Source of the DNA: Candidatus Sysuiplasma jiujiangense
GTDB lineage: Archaea; Thermoplasmatota; Thermoplasmata; Sysuiplasmatales; Sysuiplasmataceae
Direction of reading: 5' to 3'
Length of the DNA stretch: 29,764 bases
Assembly: GCA_019721075.1 (NCBI GenBank)
Contig: JAHEAD010000012.1
Span: 62,001-91,764 of the forward strand
In this document: piece by piece, positions 26,373-29,764 of the stretch
Layout of the letters: each line of letters begins with the position of its first letter
How positions within the stretch are numbered: the stretch's first letter is position 1
Made by a program: the position numbers and the translations under genes
Notes under the pieces: generated by a model
What the model saw: only the letters and a program-made list of their open reading frames with translations
Database searches by the model: none
Told to the model about the DNA's origin: nothing

Positions 26373-26963
26373 TCAGTGCGGTAGCATGAAGTTTTCTTTC
26401 TCCGACCTTATCTTCTTCTGAAGTTTCAGGAAACCGTCCAGAAGAGCCTCAGGTCTCGGTGGACAGCCGGGGATATAGATATCCACCGGCAGAAAGGTAT
26501 CCGCACCCCTGACAATATTGTAGGAGTCCCACCATGGGCCTCCAGATATGGTGCATTCGCCCATGCATATTACCCACTTGGGATAGGGCATCTGTTCGTA
26601 GAGCCTGATCAGGACCGGCTTAAGTTTCATTGAGATCCATCCGTTCAGCAGAAGAACGTCGCACTGCCTGGGCGAATTCCAGAAAATGACGCCGAGTCTT
26701 TCAATGTCAAATCTTGGAGCCGCCGCGGCGGCCATCTCTATGGCACAGCAGGCAATGCCGAAATGAAGCGGATACAGCGAGTTTCTTGCAGACCAGTTGA
26801 AGACACTTCCGGTGAGTTTGTTTGTTCTGGCGCGACCAATCTCCTGTCTCTGTTTTACCATTTCTGCGACCTCGCCGCTCCACTGAAGGAACGTGTCATG
26901 AGACATTGCGATCGCGCTGGGGGCGTTGGAATCAGCTCTGCTCTGGGCCCTGCTCATATCCAT
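26373..26963 (-). CDS. nuoB: Complex I-like subunit B (NuoB/FpoB)
   Basis: GIACCAIEM with tandem Cys, SPRQCD, MGECTISGG, IPGCPPRPEA. Confidence 0.97.
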   Translation of the reverse strand: MDMSRAQSRADSNAPSAIAMSHDTFLQWSGEVAEMVKQRQEIGRARTNKLTGSVFNWSARNSLYPLHFGIACCAIEMAAAAAPRFDIERLGVIFWNSPRQCDVLLLNGWISMKLKPVLIRLYEQMPYPKWVICMGECTISGGPWWDSYNIVRGADTFLPVDIYIPGCPPRPEALLDGFLKLQKKIRSEKENFMLPH

Positions 26964-27313
26964 ATGACTTCCTCCTTCTTCAGAGCATAAAGTATCCCTA
27001 CAGTCAGCAAACCGACGAACACAAGCATGAGCAATTTGGCTTCAACAGACATGGAGGAGAAGGTGTATGCCCAGAGCGCAAGGAAGACCGTGAGAACATC
27101 CGCAATGACAAAAATGAGAGCGAACATATAATACTGGAAGTGAAACTGTATCCTGGTATCGCCTATAGGCACTTCGCCGCATTCATAGGTGGTTTCTTTG
27201 AGCGGTTCTTTTTTTGATGGCCTGAGAAGAGAGGACAGGAACATGCCGACAAATGCAAAAAGGACCGAAATAACAGCAAAAACGAGCACTGGTGCATAGG
27301 GTCCGTAGTTCAT
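26954..27313 (-). CDS. nuoA: Complex I-like subunit A (NuoA/FpoA)
   Basis: TYECGEVP and QYYMFALIFVIADV; three TM helices. Confidence 0.95.
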   Translation of the reverse strand: MNYGPYAPVLVFAVISVLFAFVGMFLSSLLRPSKKEPLKETTYECGEVPIGDTRIQFHFQYYMFALIFVIADVLTVFLALWAYTFSSMSVEAKLLMLVFVGLLTVGILYALKKEEVIWI

Positions 27314-27336
27314 GATTTTTCGATTAGTATGGACTG

Positions 27337-27352
27337 TTATAAGTACGTTTCT
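27337..27352 (-). promoter_or_regulatory. Putative BRE/TATA box of the nuo operon (probably leaderless nuoA)
   Basis: Minus strand AGAAACGTACTTATAA, with TTATAA 24-29 nt upstream of the nuoA ATG and no SD. Confidence 0.55.
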
Positions 27353-27379
27353 GATAACATCTTCTGCTTCGCCGCAATC

Positions 27380-28672
27380 TCATACCTCGAGCCTCTTCGG
27401 TTCCCTGATGCTCAGCAGCACAATAACGGAAACCGCAAACACAGGAACCGATACAATGAAAGGGAGAAGCGGCGTCACAGAATACAGGTAACCGCCGAGT
27501 ATCTGCGCCGGAATGGAGAAGAACAGCGGCAGTGCGCTGAACATTGCCATGATCCTTCCCCTGATGAATTTTGGAACAATGTCTGTCTGCAGTGCTGTCA
27601 GGGGAGGACCGAGAAGTGCTGTTCCGGTCCCTCCCACAACGCTCCACGTGACCATCTCATCCATATCCTTTGCCCGGGTGAAGAAAAGCTGGTTAAGAGG
27701 CACCGAAAGTGATGAAAACACGACTGATTTCTTGAGACCGAATTTCTCGACCATTCTTGCGGCAGGGAAAAGGAGGAGCATCACGACAAAGGATGAAATG
27801 CCGACAACGATGCCGTAAAGGTAGGGCTGGAAATGAAGTTCCTGGACGAAATAAAGGACAGAAAAGGAGGATGTCAATCCGAGCGCGAACGACGCCACAA
27901 TAGAATAGAGCAGGAGCAGCCTGGCGTCTTTGCCGACAACTGAGAATGCTCTCCTTGTTTCGGCAAATAATGTGAACCAGAACTCTGAAAAACTTACCTT
28001 CTTCCGCGGTGTGAAGTTTTCAGTCATCCTCAGCGCCCTGTACGTTATCGCAGCGATGCCAAAGAGACCGGCTGCCAGGAATGCAAACCTAATCCCCTGT
28101 ATATCGCCGAATCTTGATATCAGCAGGCCACCAAGATACGGTGAAATTACAGCAGGTATGGTGTTTATGAAAGAATATGACGCAATGCCCCTAGGTCTCA
28201 GTTCCGGTTTCATCGATTCTGTAAGCGATGTTGTGAACAGAGGTCCGTATATTCCGGAGACGGAGCCGATGACAACAGGGAGCAGGAGAAGCGGGGCATC
28301 CGGCGTCATAAAGTAGATGAAATTATTGGCCACCCCGATGAAGCTGAAAACTATGATTGCACGCTTCCTTCCCCAGACATCCCCCACATACCCGCCAACA
28401 AGCTGGGATACAGCGGTTACCAGAGAGGTTATTGCGGCAAGGTAACCGATAAGAATAGCGCTTGCACCAATGGAGTAGAAGAAGAGAGACTGGTATGGCG
28501 AGGCCATGGCACCCCCCACGGACCAGAGGGTCGAACTGCTGGTGAGTATCCATGCATTACCGGGAAGATAGAATCGCCTTTTCAGCCTGCCGATTATTGC
28601 GCTGGAGAAGAGGTTGCGTGCGTTCTCTTGCACGTCTTTGAGACCGATTTCAAGCTGGGCACTGTCCGTCAT
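27380..28672 (-). CDS. MFS transporter, substrate unknown
   Basis: About 12 hydrophobic segments; MFS motif A GGYVGDVWGRK; RPRG and IRGR loops. Confidence 0.9.
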   Translation of the reverse strand: MTDSAQLEIGLKDVQENARNLFSSAIIGRLKRRFYLPGNAWILTSSSTLWSVGGAMASPYQSLFFYSIGASAILIGYLAAITSLVTAVSQLVGGYVGDVWGRKRAIIVFSFIGVANNFIYFMTPDAPLLLLPVVIGSVSGIYGPLFTTSLTESMKPELRPRGIASYSFINTIPAVISPYLGGLLISRFGDIQGIRFAFLAAGLFGIAAITYRALRMTENFTPRKKVSFSEFWFTLFAETRRAFSVVGKDARLLLLYSIVASFALGLTSSFSVLYFVQELHFQPYLYGIVVGISSFVVMLLLFPAARMVEKFGLKKSVVFSSLSVPLNQLFFTRAKDMDEMVTWSVVGGTGTALLGPPLTALQTDIVPKFIRGRIMAMFSALPLFFSIPAQILGGYLYSVTPLLPFIVSVPVFAVSVIVLLSIREPKRLEV

Positions 28673-28895
28673 TCGACAACCTGGACTGTTTTACCAGTCT
28701 TTACCTCTGCAGGTATTTATTCCTGTTACTTCTGTTTTCGGGCAAATGAGAACATCGGTAAAAGCGGGGGACTGGCAGATCCGGAATGAGTAAATCGGCC
28801 CTCCCAGCACCTCAGCGACGACACTGAATGCTAGTTGGTTCAGAATGCTTTTCTCACAATTAACGCAGATTATCAAGGTGAAATTTTTGACAGGC

Positions 28896-28906
28896 TATAT
28901 TTTAAA
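28896..28906 (+). promoter_or_regulatory. Putative TATA box for the PAC2 gene (probably leaderless)
   Basis: TATATTTTAAA ending 25 nt before ATG 28931. Confidence 0.5.
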
Positions 28907-28930
28907 GTACTCGGCAGCAAATTACATGTC

Positions 28931-29662
28931 ATGAGTAAAACAATTCCTAAAACAAGCCACGGAACAATAGTGATCGAGGGATTTCCGGGCATGGGGGGAG
29001 TTTCATCAATCACTTCGAAGTACATAATTGACTTTTTCCGGCTGAAAAAAGTGACGACACTGGATCTCGACTCGATGCCGCCCGTTACGATAGTCAGGAA
29101 CAGACGGCCAGTACCTGCTGTGGGCGTCTACGGCGGGATGCTTCCAAGCGGCAGAAGAATTGCAGTCATCCATTCAGAAATACCTGCACCGGAAAAAGGC
29201 ATACGGAAGATTGCAAGCGAAATCTCCCACTGGGCAAAATCGATAAACGCATCCCTTCTCCTCAGTGCTCAGGGGATGGTTGTGGAGAGAGACATCGGAG
29301 ATCAGGGCGAAATAGGCATATACGGAACTTCGTCCTCGGCAAGGGGCGAACGGATGCTGAAAAATGCAGGCATCAACATAATGGAGGAGGGCGTGATCAC
29401 TGGCATACCGGGGCTGCTTCTTGCGGAGGGGGCCAAAAGACACCTGACTACCGTCGCACTTCTTGCCGAATCAGGCACTTCACAGATTAACCCCGGTTCG
29501 GCCGCGCTGATGATCCATGCGATTGATATGCTGTGCCTCAACAGCAACATGGACTGCGGCCCGATTTGCAATCTGGCGCTGGAATCGATAAACGGCAACA
29601 GGCTTCTTATTCGGAAAGAAATGAATGACAAGGAGCTGCTGCCCGGTCTTGTCTACAGGTAA
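28931..29662 (+). CDS. PAC2-family proteasome assembly chaperone (PbaA/PbaB-like)
   Basis: IEGFPGMGGV, PPV, GVITGIPGLLL, P-x-SAA; C-terminal LVYR fits HbYX. Confidence 0.88.
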   Translation: MSKTIPKTSHGTIVIEGFPGMGGVSSITSKYIIDFFRLKKVTTLDLDSMPPVTIVRNRRPVPAVGVYGGMLPSGRRIAVIHSEIPAPEKGIRKIASEISHWAKSINASLLLSAQGMVVERDIGDQGEIGIYGTSSSARGERMLKNAGINIMEEGVITGIPGLLLAEGAKRHLTTVALLAESGTSQINPGSAALMIHAIDMLCLNSNMDCGPICNLALESINGNRLLIRKEMNDKELLPGLVYR

Positions 29663-29764
29663 GGGCACCGTTCCACGAAACTTACCCACTTATTCCGTTG
29701 GATGTGGTGTTCATTTCCTGAATCACAGGCGGGCACTGAGCACACGGCTCTGTAACCTCCCGCC

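Noticed and set aside
24686..26963. NuoD/NuoB as a group 4 [NiFe] hydrogenase
   Set aside because: The large subunit lacks both CxxC NiFe pairs, and NuoB has the tandem CC of complex I.
228..29689. Many 60-185 aa antisense or alternate-frame ORFs in the track (e.g. 9376..9909, 15573..16124, 21923..22480)
   Set aside because: They overlap well-supported genes and show no recognisable motifs; treated as shadow ORFs.
29737..29750. Minus-strand GAGCCGTGTGC resembling the start of group II intron domain V
   Set aside because: The downstream sequence cannot form the domain V stem, and no maturase is in view.
1..29764. tRNA, rRNA, CRISPR array, IS element or defence system
   Set aside because: No cloverleaf, regularly spaced repeats, transposase, integrase or nuclease signature seen by eye; a covariance-model scan would be needed to exclude small RNAs.

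Overview
Compact archaeal core-genome window, about 50% GC by eye. DNA polymerase D, the rps13-rps4-rps11-rpoD cluster, GGAGG/GGTGA Shine-Dalgarno (SD) sites and TATA boxes all indicate an archaeon; Thermoplasmatota is my inference from gene content and a split nuoJ. In order: a long-chain-type polyprenyl diphosphate synthase plus a geranylgeranyl reductase; a phosphate:H+ symporter-like MFS; an MDR oxidoreductase; three tandem paralogous zinc-ribbon genes; a Nudix hydrolase; a NOG1 GTPase; a hypothetical zinc-ribbon gene; polC (DP2); a HAD phosphatase; rpoD/rps11/rps4/rps13; a complete 'headless' complex I-like operon (nuoABCDHIJ1J2KLMN, no nuoEFG or fpoF); a second MFS; and a PAC2 proteasome chaperone. 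I found no tRNA, rRNA, CRISPR array or mobile element. Main observations: (1) five genes appear to start at non-canonical codons (CTG four times, ACG once), each at the same SD spacing as several ATG genes in the window; (2) NuoI carries four [4Fe-4S] motifs instead of two; (3) an uncharacterised three-gene zinc-ribbon/membrane module resembling YdjG; (4) long C-terminal tails on uS13 and uS4.
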